Notes: generated by a model not told the origin, from the sequence alone. Positions 23,253 to 33,343 are shown, counted from the stretch's first letter. The stretch is 64,000 nucleotides of DNA from Deinococcus sp. (GCA_965261005.1 OZ253375.1:864001-928000); one strand, 5' to 3'. Program-made: numbers and translations.

Positions 23253-23984
23253 ATGGCAGGTCACAGCAAGTGGGCACAGATCAAGCGCAAAAAGGGCGCC
23301 AACGACAAGAAGCGTTCGGCCGTCATCAGCAAGCACATTCGCGCCCTGGGGGCGGCGGTGCGCTCGGGCGGCAGCGGCGACCCGTCGGCCAACTTGTCGC
23401 TGAAAAACGCCGTCGCGGCGGCCAAGGCTGACACGGTGCCGGCCGACAACATCGAGAACGCCATCAAGCGCGCCCTCGGCGAGGGCGAGGGCGCCGCCCA
23501 GTACAAGGAAGTGACGTATGAGGGCTACGGCCCCGGCGGCACGGCCATTTTGGTGGAGACGCTGACCGACAACGTCAACCGCACGGTGGGCGACCTCAGG
23601 TCAGTCTTTAACAAGCGCGGCGGCAGCCTCGGGACCAGCGGCTCGGTCGCGTGGCAATTCGACAAAAAGGGCCTGATCGCGCTGGACTCGGGCGGCGAGG
23701 ACGCCCAGGACGCCGCCATCGAACTCGGCGCCGAGGACTTGCAGGAGGGTGAGGACGGGCTGGAGATCGAGACCCAGCCAAGCGACCTCTTCAGCGTCTC
23801 CGAGGGCCTCGCGCAGCGCGGCTTCGCGGTCAGCTCGGCCCAGCTGAGCATGATCCCGGCCAACTTGGTCGAGCTGTCGGGCGCGGACGCCGACAAGCTG
23901 ATGACCCTGCTGGACGCGCTGGAGGAACTGGACGACGTGCAGAACGTGTACACCAACGCCGACCTCAGCGCGGTGGAGGCTTGA
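23253..23984 (+). CDS. yebC: YebC/PmpR family protein
   Basis: [30 protein letters not shown]. Confidence 0.95.
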   Translation: MAGHSKWAQIKRKKGANDKKRSAVISKHIRALGAAVRSGGSGDPSANLSLKNAVAAAKADTVPADNIENAIKRALGEGEGAAQYKEVTYEGYGPGGTAILVETLTDNVNRTVGDLRSVFNKRGGSLGTSGSVAWQFDKKGLIALDSGGEDAQDAAIELGAEDLQEGEDGLEIETQPSDLFSVSEGLAQRGFAVSSAQLSMIPANLVELSGADADKLMTLLDALEELDDVQNVYTNADLSAVEA

Positions 23985-24039
23985 GGGCGCTTGTGACGCA
24001 GCTTCCGTCCCGCCCTTCCCGGGCGTGCCATCTTGGCCC

Positions 24040-24855
24040 ATGACCTACGTTCAGCAAATTCGTTTCGAACACTCACCCAAGCTGCACTGGATGGGCACAG
24101 AAGAGCCGCGCGCGGTGGATACCCAGGTGGTGGTGCAGAGCCGGCGCGGTATAGAGTTGGCGCGGGTGCGCGGCGAGGCGAAGCGGGCTGGCGAAGCGGG
24201 GCGGGCTGGCGAGGTGGGGCAGGTCGGGCAGATTCTGCGCGCGGCGGAAGCGGACGACCTCGCCCGCGCCGAGGAACTTGCCCGTGAGGCAGGGGACTTT
24301 AAATGGCGGATTCGCGCGAGGGCGCGCCATTTGCCGGTCAAGATCGTGGCCTGCGAGTTCACCCTCGACGGCGCCCTGTTGACGGTCAGCTACAGCGCCG
24401 AGGAGCGGGTGGATTTGGGCCGCTTGGTGCAGGAGTTGCGCGCCGAGACCGAGGCCAAGATCAACTTCCTCGCCATCGGCCCGCGCGAGCAGGTGGTGGC
24501 CCTCGGCGCGCTGGGGGCCTGCGGGCGCGAGACGTGTTCGAGCACCCACCTTCAGGACTTTGCCCCCATCTCGATTCGCATGGCGCGCGACCAGCAACTC
24601 CCGCTCAACCCCGAAAAGCTGTCCGGGCCGTGCGGCCGGCTGCTGTGCTGCCTGCAATACGAGCACACCCAGTACCAAGAGCTGCTGCGCGACTTGCCGC
24701 GCAAAAACGCCAAGGTCTGCCACGACGAGAGCGGCGCCTGCGGCAAGGTCGTGAAGCTCAATCCCCTGGCGGGCACGGTGGACGTGTACGGCGACCAAGG
24801 ATACATGGGCGGCCTCAAGCCGGAAGAGCTGTCCCCCGTGCGCGGCGAGAAGTAG
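24040..24855 (+). CDS. PSP1-domain / RicT (YaaT) family protein
   Basis: [31 protein letters not shown]. Confidence 0.9.
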   Translation: MTYVQQIRFEHSPKLHWMGTEEPRAVDTQVVVQSRRGIELARVRGEAKRAGEAGRAGEVGQVGQILRAAEADDLARAEELAREAGDFKWRIRARARHLPVKIVACEFTLDGALLTVSYSAEERVDLGRLVQELRAETEAKINFLAIGPREQVVALGALGACGRETCSSTHLQDFAPISIRMARDQQLPLNPEKLSGPCGRLLCCLQYEHTQYQELLRDLPRKNAKVCHDESGACGKVVKLNPLAGTVDVYGDQGYMGGLKPEELSPVRGEK

Positions 24856-24859
24856 GGGC

Positions 24860-25930
24860 ATGACCCGCCCGGACACTCAAAGCAGCGTGCGCGCCCCTGT
24901 GCGCGACACGCCCGCTTACCCTTTCACGCCGCACGACGCGCCCATCAAGCTCGACCAAAACGAGAGTCCCTACGACTTCCCGGCAGACCTCAAGCGCGAG
25001 GCGCTCGCGCGAGCGCTGGAACGCCCCTGGCACCGCTACCCGGACCTGAAGGCCGAGACGTTGCGCGCCAAGATCGCCGCCTTTGAGGATTGGGACCCGG
25101 AGGGCGTGGTGGTGGCCCCCGGCAGCAACACCATCATCAAGCTGCTGACCGAGCTGGCCGGCATCGGGCAAAGCGTCCTGACGGTGGACCCGACCTTCAG
25201 CGTCTACGACTTGGAGGCCCGGATGTTGGGCGCTCGCCTGATCAAGGTGCCCCTCTTGCCCGACTTCGCCCTGCCCGTCGAGGGCTTCTTGCGCGAGTTG
25301 CGGGGCGGTCCCGGCGTGTTCGTGCTGATCGAGCCACACGCGCCCAGCGGCCGGCTCGACCCGCGCGGGGACGTGGAGAAGCTGCTGAACGCGGCAAGCG
25401 GCTGGCTGAGCGTCATTGACGAGGCCTACCACCAGTTCGCCGGGCGCGACCACAAGGACTTGGTACGCGGCCACGACGACCGGCTCCTCATCCGCACCTT
25501 TTCCAAGGCGTGGGGCCTGGCGGGTGTGCGGCTGGGCTACGCCTTGATGGAGCCGGACTTGGCGCGCGAGCTGAACAAGCTGGTCCCGGCCTTCGGCGTG
25601 AATGCCCTCACCCAGAGCGCCGTCGAGGTCGCGCTGGAACACCCCGGTTACGTGCGGGAACGGGCGCGCGAGGCGGTGTCGGAGCGGGGGCGCATGCTGG
25701 CCGCCCTTGAACGTCACCCGAGCTGGACAGCCTACCCCAGCAGCACCAACTTCTTCCTGATTCGCACGCCGGACGCGGACGAGGCGTACAAGGCGCTGAT
25801 CGAGCGCGGCGTGTTGGTCCGGCGGCAGGGCGGCTCGCCGCTGCTGGAGAACTGCCTGCGGGTGTCGGTGGGCACGCCCGAGGAAAACGACCAATTTCTG
25901 GCGGCGGCCATGCAAATTCAGACGTTGTAG
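24860..25930 (+). CDS. hisC: Histidinol-phosphate aminotransferase
   Basis: KLDQNESP, RYP, DEAY, RTFSKAWGLAGVRLGY, RVSVGTPEEN. Confidence 0.88.
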   Translation: MTRPDTQSSVRAPVRDTPAYPFTPHDAPIKLDQNESPYDFPADLKREALARALERPWHRYPDLKAETLRAKIAAFEDWDPEGVVVAPGSNTIIKLLTELAGIGQSVLTVDPTFSVYDLEARMLGARLIKVPLLPDFALPVEGFLRELRGGPGVFVLIEPHAPSGRLDPRGDVEKLLNAASGWLSVIDEAYHQFAGRDHKDLVRGHDDRLLIRTFSKAWGLAGVRLGYALMEPDLARELNKLVPAFGVNALTQSAVEVALEHPGYVRERAREAVSERGRMLAALERHPSWTAYPSSTNFFLIRTPDADEAYKALIERGVLVRRQGGSPLLENCLRVSVGTPEENDQFLAAAMQIQTL

Positions 25931-25970
25931 GGGCGGGTTTCAAACCCGCCCGCTTCGAACCCGCCCCTAC
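25927..25970. repeat. GTAG-family REP doublet (inverted)
   Basis: GTAGgggcgggtttcaaacccgccc...gaacccgcccCTAC. Confidence 0.8.
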
Positions 25971-27085
25971 GCCCTCACCGGCAATTCCACCGGCAACTCG
26001 CGCACGCCGTGGACGATGGTGCTCTCGATGGGGGTGAGGCTCACGCCCTCACGTACTTGAAGGTTTGGAAAGCGCCCATACACCGCGCGCAGGGCGATGT
26101 CCGCCTCCAAGCGCGCCAGCGGGGCGCCCAGGCAGAAGTGAATGCCCTGCCCAAAGGCGAGGTGGCGGTTGGGGCTGCGCCGGGGATCGAACGTCTGCGC
26201 GTCCGGAAACTGCCCCTTATCCAGGTTGGCCGAGCCGATCCAGGCGACCACCCACTCGCCCGCGCTCAAGTGCTGCCCGCCCAGCTCGGTGTCCTGCGCC
26301 ACCACCCGGAACATGCTCTGCACCGGCGAGCGGTAGCGCAGCACCTCCTCGACGGCGCGCGGCCACCCGCCCGGGTGAGCGGCCAATTCCTCGCGCGCCC
26401 CTGGGTGGGCGCTCAGCACCCGCACGGCGTTTGAGAGCAGGTTGGTGGTCGTCTCGTTGCCGGCAACCAATAGCAGCATGCAAAAGCCGATCAATTCCTG
26501 GCCGCTGAGGTGCTGCCCGCCCTCTTCCGCACGCATCAGGGCGCTGATCAGGTCGTCCCCGCCGCCCCCAGCGCGGCGCGCGGTCACCAGCCCCGTGAAG
26601 TAGGTCGCCATCTCGCGTGAGCCGCCCGCGTCCCCCACGATCACGGCGTCCGACCAGCGCTTGAAACGGTCCCGGTCCCCCGCCGGAATCCCCAGAATTT
26701 CGGCGATGACGGTCACGGGCAGCGGCACGGCAAAGTCGCGCACGAAGTCGGTCTCGCGGGGGTCGAAGTTGTCCAGCAGCCCCTCGACCAATTCCCCTAT
26801 GCGCGGCGCGAGGGCCTGCACCGCCCTGGGCGTGAAGGCCTTTTCCACCAGGGCGCGCAGGTCGCGGTGGCGCGGCGGGTCGGTCGAGATCAGGCTGTCC
26901 GCCAGGGCCGCCTCGGGGTTGTCCGAGCCGCGCCCGCGCCCGCGCTGACTGGAAAAACGCGCGTGGTCGCCCAGCACGGTCTTGACGTCGTCGTACAGAA
27001 AGACGTTCCAGGCGCCGTGCTGCGCGTCGCGCCACACCGGCGCCCCAGCGCGCATGCGGTCGTACCACTCGAAGAGGTCGGGCAT
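25967..27085 (-). CDS. Cytochrome P450 (CYP109-like)
   Basis: AGNETT, EEVLRY (ExxR), FGQGIHFCLG. Confidence 0.93.
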   Translation of the reverse strand: MPDLFEWYDRMRAGAPVWRDAQHGAWNVFLYDDVKTVLGDHARFSSQRGRGRGSDNPEAALADSLISTDPPRHRDLRALVEKAFTPRAVQALAPRIGELVEGLLDNFDPRETDFVRDFAVPLPVTVIAEILGIPAGDRDRFKRWSDAVIVGDAGGSREMATYFTGLVTARRAGGGGDDLISALMRAEEGGQHLSGQELIGFCMLLLVAGNETTTNLLSNAVRVLSAHPGAREELAAHPGGWPRAVEEVLRYRSPVQSMFRVVAQDTELGGQHLSAGEWVVAWIGSANLDKGQFPDAQTFDPRRSPNRHLAFGQGIHFCLGAPLARLEADIALRAVYGRFPNLQVREGVSLTPIESTIVHGVRELPVELPVRA

Positions 27086-27170
27086 GCCGTCAGGCTACAG
27101 GCCGCCGAGGTGAGATGCGGGCAAGTTCGCTCCAAAGACCACCCCGCCCAAATCCGGCTAAGCTGACCGC

Positions 27171-27929
27171 ATGCGACATCAGACCACCGCCCGACGAACC
27201 TGCGCCCTGCTGCTCACTGCCCTCGGCGTGGCGGCGGCCGAGAACGGCTACTCGCAGCGCGACTTCTCCCTGTTCAGGGGCCGGTGGCAGCCCGTCTTCG
27301 CGTGGTGTGACGCCCCGGACCGCGTGATCGTCATAGGTCAGCCCACCAATCCGCCCGCCTTACCGCGCCCCGTCACGTACCAGCGCTTTCTTAAAAAGGC
27401 GCCGCAGAACGTCATCACCAAAAGCTACTTCCTTGGGCCGAACGACGGCGCGGCGGGCAGCGTCTACTGGACCTTGGCGACCAGAAAGCAGACGGGGCCG
27501 TCCTCAAGGTACTTCGTTCACCTCAGCAACGTCGAGAAGGCCGGACAGGACGATGATCTGGCGAACCACGTGGTGGAGATCAAGTCGCCGCTGGACCCGA
27601 ACCCAGATCGGTGCCGCTACGACCAGAACGCCGTCTTCATGGGCGCCAGCGCCAAGCGCACGGTGAGCGTGCTCAAGCTCTACGGCGGCGGCTACGCCTA
27701 CGAGAGCCACAACTACCCCGGCTTTGGCGTGTACATCCCGGACGGCGAGAAGAAGGAGAACGCGGACGGCAGCCTGGAATATGAGTTTCGCAACGGCGGC
27801 TATACCTACCGGGTGGAGGTGGACGCGCCGAGCAAGCCTGGCGCGCGGGTGGTGGTGACAAAAGGCGGCCAGACGGTGTTGACCGAGGCGTTCCGGGTCT
27901 ACAGCGACTCGCGGCCGGGGGCACGGTGA
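27171..27929 (+). CDS. Secreted hypothetical protein
   Basis: Signal-peptide-like N-terminus, host-like codon usage, TAAGCT 6 nt upstream. Confidence 0.7.
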   Translation: MRHQTTARRTCALLLTALGVAAAENGYSQRDFSLFRGRWQPVFAWCDAPDRVIVIGQPTNPPALPRPVTYQRFLKKAPQNVITKSYFLGPNDGAAGSVYWTLATRKQTGPSSRYFVHLSNVEKAGQDDDLANHVVEIKSPLDPNPDRCRYDQNAVFMGASAKRTVSVLKLYGGGYAYESHNYPGFGVYIPDGEKKENADGSLEYEFRNGGYTYRVEVDAPSKPGARVVVTKGGQTVLTEAFRVYSDSRPGAR

Positions 27930-28010
27930 ATACCCCACTTCTCGAACACGTCGTCCTCAAGGCGCGCGACTTGGGGCAAACCGAGACCTTTTGCCGGGCG
28001 CTTGAGGGGG
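27926..28010 (+). pseudogene. N-terminal remnant of VOC/glyoxalase-like gene
   Basis: GTG overlaps upstream stop; LEHVVLKARDLGQTETFCRAL resembles the first VOC strand/helix, then similarity stops. Confidence 0.45.
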
Positions 28011-28039
28011 CAGGAAAGAGCGGTCAAGCTATGCTTGAC

Positions 28040-28076
28040 ACCCCCCTCCCAGCCTCCCCCGCAAGGGGGGAGGAGC
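28040..28076. repeat. Left flanking repeat of DUF559 gene
   Basis: acccccctcccagcctccccc-gcaa-ggggggaggagc. Confidence 0.85.
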
Positions 28077-28414
28077 TAGAGCGCTTCCGCAATTCGCTTC
28101 AGCACGTCGTCCAGGTTGTTTCGAACTTCGAAGTTCCAGAAGCGCAGGACGGTGAAGCCGCGCGCTTGCAGTTCAGCGTCCCGCACCGCGTCATACGGGC
28201 TGCCCGCATGCTGACTGCCGTCCAGCTCAATGACAAGCTGGCGCTCCAAACACACGAAGTCCGCGAAGTAAAAGCCCAACGCCTGCTGCTTGCGGAATGC
28301 CACGCCCAATTGGCCAGACCGCAAGCGGCCCCACAACAACCGCTCCTCCGACGTCATGTTGCGCCGCAACTTTCGTGCCCGCCTGTTCTGCTCATGCCGA
28401 GAAAACCTCTCCAC
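28076..28414 (-). CDS. DUF559 (Vsr-like) endonuclease-domain protein
   Basis: ARKLRRNMT.EERLLW, FRKQ, ADF, IELDGSQH, RD, VLRFWN. Confidence 0.92.
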   Translation of the reverse strand: MERFSRHEQNRRARKLRRNMTSEERLLWGRLRSGQLGVAFRKQQALGFYFADFVCLERQLVIELDGSQHAGSPYDAVRDAELQARGFTVLRFWNFEVRNNLDDVLKRIAEAL

Positions 28415-28427
28415 AAAAGCATTTTAA

Positions 28428-28486
28428 AGCCCTCCCCCCTTGCCGGGGAGCGCGAAGCACCTCGAAGAGAGGGTTGGGAGGGGGGT
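28428..28486. repeat. Right flanking repeat of DUF559 gene (inverted, with ~20-nt insert)
   Basis: Reverse complement acccccctcccaaccctc[tcttcgaggtgcttcgcg]ctccccggcaaggggggagggct aligns with left copy. Confidence 0.8.
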
Positions 28487-28520
28487 ATCGAGCACCGCTT
28501 GATCCACTTAGGAGGCCACC

Positions 28521-29333
28521 ATGTTTAACCGCATCCTGATCACCGGCGCCGCCGGCAACATCGGCTCGACCTTGCGCGCGGGCCTGCGCGGCGTCTACCC
28601 GGTCCTGCGCCTGACCGACAACCGCAACTTGGGCGAGGCGGCCGAGGGCGAGGAGGTCGTGCAGGCCGACCTGACCAACTTCGATGAGGTCCTGGCCGCC
28701 ATGCAAGACGTGGACGCCGTCGTTCACCTGGGCGGCATCCCCAACGAGGACACCTACGAGCGCATTCGCAGCGTCAACATGGACGGCACCCAGCACGTCT
28801 ACGAGGCGGCGCGTCTTGCGGGCGCGCGGCGGGTGGTGTTCGCCAGCTCCATTCACGCGGTCGGCTTTTACCCGCGCGAACAGATCGGCCCCGACGTGCC
28901 GACCCGGCCCGACACCTTTTACGGCGTCAGCAAGGTCTTCGGCGAGGCGCTGGGGCGGCTGTACTGGGACAAGCACGGCCTTGAGAGCGCGGCCCTGCGC
29001 ATCAATTCCTTTTTGGAGCGCCCACAAGAGCGGCGCAACCTCAGCACCTGGCTCTCGCACCGGGACGCCGTGAACTTGGTGCGCGCCTGCCTGGACACGC
29101 CAGAACTCGGCTTCCGAATTCTGGCGGGCATCTCCGGCAACACCCGGGCCTGGATGACGGACGAGGGCTGGGCCGAGGTCGGTTACACCCCGCAGGACAA
29201 TGCCGAGGACTACGCGGCGGAAATCGGGGGCAAACACGGCGACGAGGCGGACATCACCGAGCGGCGGCAGGGCGGGGTGTTCGTGGGAAAGGACTACATG
29301 GGGGCAGCAAAAAAACCTGGAGACGGCGGCTAA
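28521..29333 (+). CDS. NAD-dependent epimerase/dehydratase, uronate dehydrogenase-like
   Basis: ITGAAGNIG, FASSIHAVGFY, PDTFYGVSK, STWLS; SD AGGAGG. Confidence 0.85.
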   Translation: MFNRILITGAAGNIGSTLRAGLRGVYPVLRLTDNRNLGEAAEGEEVVQADLTNFDEVLAAMQDVDAVVHLGGIPNEDTYERIRSVNMDGTQHVYEAARLAGARRVVFASSIHAVGFYPREQIGPDVPTRPDTFYGVSKVFGEALGRLYWDKHGLESAALRINSFLERPQERRNLSTWLSHRDAVNLVRACLDTPELGFRILAGISGNTRAWMTDEGWAEVGYTPQDNAEDYAAEIGGKHGDEADITERRQGGVFVGKDYMGAAKKPGDGG

Positions 29334-30709
29334 ACGCGCGCCTCCAGCTGCACCTTCAGGCCGTACTTGGGCCGCAGGGTGATCGAGGGTTCCAATTCGA
29401 TGCGCTGGTCGGGCAGCACCCGCAACTTGTAGCGCTGGGCGATGGTCGCCAGCAGCAGCGGGGCCTCCATGCGCGCGAAGTTCTCGCCGACGCAGACGCG
29501 CGGGCCGCCGCCGAAGGGGAAGTAGGCGTACTTGGGCAGCTGCTTTTCCAGGCCGTCTTCCCAGCGCTCGGGCCGGAAGGCGAGGGGGTCGGGAAACCAG
29601 CGCGCGTCGCGGTGGACCACCCATTGGCTCATGTTGAGCATGGTGCCGGCCGGCACGAAGTAGCCGCCCAGCTGCATGTCCTGCTTGGCGCGCCGACCCA
29701 CGCTCCACACCGGGGGCAAAATTCGCATGGCCTCCGCGATCACGTTCTTGGTGTAGGGCAGCTTGGGCAAATCGTCCACGTCGGGGGCTTTGCCCCCCAG
29801 CACCTCATCCAGCTCGGCGTGCAGCTTGGCCTCCGCCTCCGGGTTCTGCGACAGCAGCCACCAGGTCCAGGACAGGGTGTTGGAGGTGGTCTCGTGGCCG
29901 GCCAGAATCAGGTTCTTGGACTCGTCGAGCAGCTGCTGGTCGGTCATGCCGCCGCCCGCCTCGTCCTGGGCGGCCAGCAGCAGCGAGAGCAAATCGCCCC
30001 GATCGGTCTGCCCATCCTGCCCATCTTCCCCCAAGTCGGCCCGGCGCCCCGCAATCACGTCCGCCACGAAGCGGTCTATGCGCGCCATCGCCTCCCCGAA
30101 GCGCAGCTGGGCACTTTCGGCCTCCTGGGGTGAGGTCGCGCGGTACAGCTGGGCCATGCCGCCCAGCATCCCGTCCATCGCGTGCCCAAACTGGGTGGCG
30201 CGCTCATCCGTCTCGACGTCGAACAGCGTCTTGACGATGATGTCAAGGGTCACGCGCATCATGTCGGCGTGCACGTCGCGCACCTCGCCGTCATGCCAGC
30301 CCTCCAGCAAGCGCTGGGCATAGTTCACCATCACCTCGCCGTAGCCCTGAATGCGGCCCCGGTGAAAGGCGGGCTGCACCATGCGGCGCTCGCGCAACCA
30401 AAAGTCTCCCTCGCTGACGACCAGCCCGTTGCCGAAGAGACGCTGCAAGGCCGGCCCCTGCGCGTAACCCTTGTCGAACAGGCGACCGGTCTGGACGTGC
30501 ACGAACTCGATGTCCTTGGGGTTGGACAGCAGGTAGGCGTTCTCCTCGCCGCTGAAGTCCACCACGTCACCATACGTCTGGGCGAGGGCCGGCAGCAGTT
30601 CGAGGGGATTGGGATTGAAGCGCGGCCCCGCGCCCGCCTGGCCGGGCTGAACTTGCTCCGGTCTGGGTGGGCGGGGCAGGTCGTGCAAGGTCGCGTCGGG
30701 CTGGGTCAT
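29330..30709 (-). CDS. Cytochrome P450
   Basis: AGHETT, EAMR, PERW, FGGGPRVCVG; ATG 30709 after AGGAGGA. Confidence 0.93.
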   Translation of the reverse strand: MTQPDATLHDLPRPPRPEQVQPGQAGAGPRFNPNPLELLPALAQTYGDVVDFSGEENAYLLSNPKDIEFVHVQTGRLFDKGYAQGPALQRLFGNGLVVSEGDFWLRERRMVQPAFHRGRIQGYGEVMVNYAQRLLEGWHDGEVRDVHADMMRVTLDIIVKTLFDVETDERATQFGHAMDGMLGGMAQLYRATSPQEAESAQLRFGEAMARIDRFVADVIAGRRADLGEDGQDGQTDRGDLLSLLLAAQDEAGGGMTDQQLLDESKNLILAGHETTSNTLSWTWWLLSQNPEAEAKLHAELDEVLGGKAPDVDDLPKLPYTKNVIAEAMRILPPVWSVGRRAKQDMQLGGYFVPAGTMLNMSQWVVHRDARWFPDPLAFRPERWEDGLEKQLPKYAYFPFGGGPRVCVGENFARMEAPLLLATIAQRYKLRVLPDQRIELEPSITLRPKYGLKVQLEARV

Positions 30710-30765
30710 ACGTCCTCCTGAACAAAGCGGCGAAAAGGGCAAAACCCGTGCTAGGGTTTCAGTAT

Positions 30766-30781
30766 GCGAGCGTTTGCTCGC
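30766..30781. promoter_or_regulatory. Candidate TetR operator palindrome
   Basis: gcgagc-gttt-gctcgc between divergent P450 and TetR genes. Confidence 0.45.
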
Positions 30782-30832
30782 GTTTTCAACTCACATTTTA
30801 CCCCGCGCGCCCGCCCACTTCGGAGGCTTCGC

Positions 30833-31456
30833 TTGACCGAATTGCACCCGCAAACGCCCCGTAAGCAGCCCAAACAGGGGCGCAGCCGCCGCACGGTCGG
30901 CAGGATTCTGGACGCCGCCGCTCGCGTTTTTGCCGAAGCCGGCTACGAGGACGCCACCACCAACCGCATCGCCGAGCAGGCCGGCGTGTCGGTCGGCTCG
31001 CTGTACCAGTTCTTCCCCAACAAGGCGGCCCTGCTGCACGCCCTTCAGCGGGAGTGGTTGGCGCGCGTGGAGGGCGAGATGGGCGCGGCCCTCTCCCCCG
31101 AGCCGGCCCGACCGCTGGGCGCCGTCATTGACGGCGTGATCGCCGCCTTCGAGACGCTGGACCGCGAGCGGCCCGGCATGTTGCGCGTTCTCAGCGGCCA
31201 GCGCGCCGGCGAGGCGCCCGCGCCGAACCTGGACAACGTTCACCGCACCGTCGCGGGCCAAGTCGAGCGCTTCCTGACCGTTCACGCGCCGCGCCTGCCG
31301 GCGGAGCGCCGCCCCGCCGTGGCCGACCTGTGCGTTCACGTCTGCGACGGCCTGTTCGAGCTGGGCACGCCCAGCATCGGGGGCTTCGACCCAAAGGTGG
31401 TCAGAGAGGTGAGGGTGGCTTTATTGGCTTACCTGGGGCCGTGGCTGGACGGCTAG
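30833..31456 (+). CDS. TetR/AcrR family regulator
   Basis: RKQPKQGRS, ATTNRIAEQAGVSVGSLYQFFPNK; start uncertain (TTG 30833 after GGAGG). Confidence 0.9.
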   Translation: MTELHPQTPRKQPKQGRSRRTVGRILDAAARVFAEAGYEDATTNRIAEQAGVSVGSLYQFFPNKAALLHALQREWLARVEGEMGAALSPEPARPLGAVIDGVIAAFETLDRERPGMLRVLSGQRAGEAPAPNLDNVHRTVAGQVERFLTVHAPRLPAERRPAVADLCVHVCDGLFELGTPSIGGFDPKVVREVRVALLAYLGPWLDG

Positions 31457-31460
31457 TTTC

Positions 31461-31940
31461 TTAGTGCGCCCCGCGCGGGTAGTACCGCCAGGTGTAAGCG
31501 AAGATACCGGCGTTGAAGGCGAAGACCAGCAGCTCGGTTGGGGTGGGGTGGCGCAGCAGCAGGTAGATCTCCGGCAGGATGGGCAGGCCGATGGCGGTCA
31601 GGACCAAGGTGCGGGCCGCCGGCGAGCGGCGCGCCAGGGCGATGGCGGTCAGGCCCAACAGCAGGCCGTCAATCAGCAACAGCACACCCGTCCAGGTGAC
31701 GCTGGAGCGCGGCAACTTGGGCAGTTGCTCGGCGATCCAGCGGCCCATAATGCGCCACGCCCCGCCGCCCGAGGCCCAGCGGACGGCGACCGCGCTCAGG
31801 CCGTCGAGGACGCTGGCGCTGTAGGTCAGCAGCAGCACGGCGCCCAAGAGGACCACCAGCGAGGCCACCGCCTTGTAGGCGGTCAGCAGCCAAAAGACGG
31901 TGTTGGGGCGCAGCAGCGGGCGGCGTTTGGCGGTGGACAT
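31461..31940 (-). CDS. DUF2127-like membrane protein
   Basis: YK in first helix, LPEIY near C-terminus, four TM helices. Confidence 0.6.
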   Translation of the reverse strand: MSTAKRRPLLRPNTVFWLLTAYKAVASLVVLLGAVLLLTYSASVLDGLSAVAVRWASGGGAWRIMGRWIAEQLPKLPRSSVTWTGVLLLIDGLLLGLTAIALARRSPAARTLVLTAIGLPILPEIYLLLRHPTPTELLVFAFNAGIFAYTWRYYPRGAH

Positions 31941-32036
31941 TCGTCTTCCACCATACGGCGCATTCCCCGAGAGCGCCATAACGGCGGCGACTCTTCGGAC
32001 CGCCACACTCCTGAACGCAGGCTCTAGAATCGGGCC

Positions 32037-32633
32037 GTGGTCCTCATTGCGCTGCTTCTCTCGTATCTGCTGGGCAGCTTGCCGGCCGGCGCCTGGGTGA
32101 CGCGGGCGCGCGGGGTGGACATTCGCGCGGTGGGCAGCGGCAACACCGGCGCGACCAACGTATTGCGCGCGCTGGGCTGGGGACCGGGGCTGCTGGTGGC
32201 GCTGTTCGACGCCCTCAAGGGGGTGCTGGCGGTGCTGTTGGCGCGCGCCTTTTTGCACGACCCGCCGGTGGAGGCGTTGTGCGGCGCCCTGGCGGTGCTG
32301 GGGCATAACTTCAGCGCTTTTTTGCGCTTTCGCGGCGGCAAGGGAGTGGCGACCTCGCTGGGCACCGTGCTGGTGATTGACCCCTTGGTGGGTCTCGCGG
32401 CCACGCTGATCGGCGCCTTTTGCATCGGCATCACGCGCTTCGTGTCGGCGGGCAGCATGGTCGGCACGGTGGCGGCCGTCGTGCTGGCCGTGGTGCTGCG
32501 GCGCCCCGCGTGGGAAATCGGCGTGGTCGTCTTTTTGGCGGCCCTCTTGATCTGGCAGCACCGGGGCAACTTGAGGCGGCTCCAAAGCGGCAGCGAGAAC
32601 CGCTTTCTGGAAAAGAAGGAAAAGACCGTATGA
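32037..32633 (+). CDS. plsY: Glycerol-3-phosphate acyltransferase
   Basis: [27 protein letters not shown]. Confidence 0.95.
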   Translation: MVLIALLLSYLLGSLPAGAWVTRARGVDIRAVGSGNTGATNVLRALGWGPGLLVALFDALKGVLAVLLARAFLHDPPVEALCGALAVLGHNFSAFLRFRGGKGVATSLGTVLVIDPLVGLAATLIGAFCIGITRFVSAGSMVGTVAAVVLAVVLRRPAWEIGVVVFLAALLIWQHRGNLRRLQSGSENRFLEKKEKTV

Positions 32634-33337
32634 AGACGGTGTTCGGCGCGCTGGAACCCCTCTTCGCCCTGTGCCTGGCCCCCCACCCCGACGACGCCGA
32701 GATCGGCGCGGGCGGCACGCTGATTCGCTTGGCGAGGGCGGGCAGAAAGGTGGGCGTGCTGGAGCTGACGCGCGGCGAGCGGGGGACGCTGGGCGACCCG
32801 GACACGCGGGGGCGCGAGTGTGTCAGGGCCGCCGAGATCATGGGCCTCGCGTGGCGGGGGCAGTTGGGGCTGGAGGACGGCAACGTTCGTGACACCCCGG
32901 GGGCGGCTCTAAAATTGGCCGCCGCCCTGCGCGCGCTGCGTCCCTCGCTGCTGCTCGCGCCGCACTCCACTGACCGCCACCCCGACCACGTGGGCGCTGC
33001 TCAGCTCGCCGCACGGGCCGTCCATTTGGCGGGCCTCGCCAAGGCCGACGTTCCCGGCGAGCCGCACAAGGTGGCGCGCACCCTGCTGTACCAAGGCAAC
33101 GCCCCCATGCAGCCGAGCGTGCTGGTTGACGTGGAGAGCGTGCTGGAAGAGTGGGAGGCCGCCATCCGCGCGCACGCCAGCCAATTTTCTGGCCGCGCCG
33201 TGTCCGAGACGGTCACACCCGAGGTGATCGAGCGGCGCCGGGCACGCCTCACCTACTGGGGCACCTTCGTGGGGCGCAAATATTGCGAGGCCTTCGCCAG
33301 CGAGGGGCCGCTGCTGCTGAACGTGGACGCCCTATAG
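32630..33337 (+). CDS. bshB1: Bacillithiol biosynthesis deacetylase (PIG-L family)
   Basis: [25 protein letters not shown]. Confidence 0.82.
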   Translation: MKTVFGALEPLFALCLAPHPDDAEIGAGGTLIRLARAGRKVGVLELTRGERGTLGDPDTRGRECVRAAEIMGLAWRGQLGLEDGNVRDTPGAALKLAAALRALRPSLLLAPHSTDRHPDHVGAAQLAARAVHLAGLAKADVPGEPHKVARTLLYQGNAPMQPSVLVDVESVLEEWEAAIRAHASQFSGRAVSETVTPEVIERRRARLTYWGTFVGRKYCEAFASEGPLLLNVDAL

Positions 33338-33343
33338 AAAAGC

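Noticed and set aside
27926..28528. 200-aa plus-strand ORF
   Set aside because: Mostly antisense to DUF559 and read through the repeats; only the first ~28 codons look genuine.
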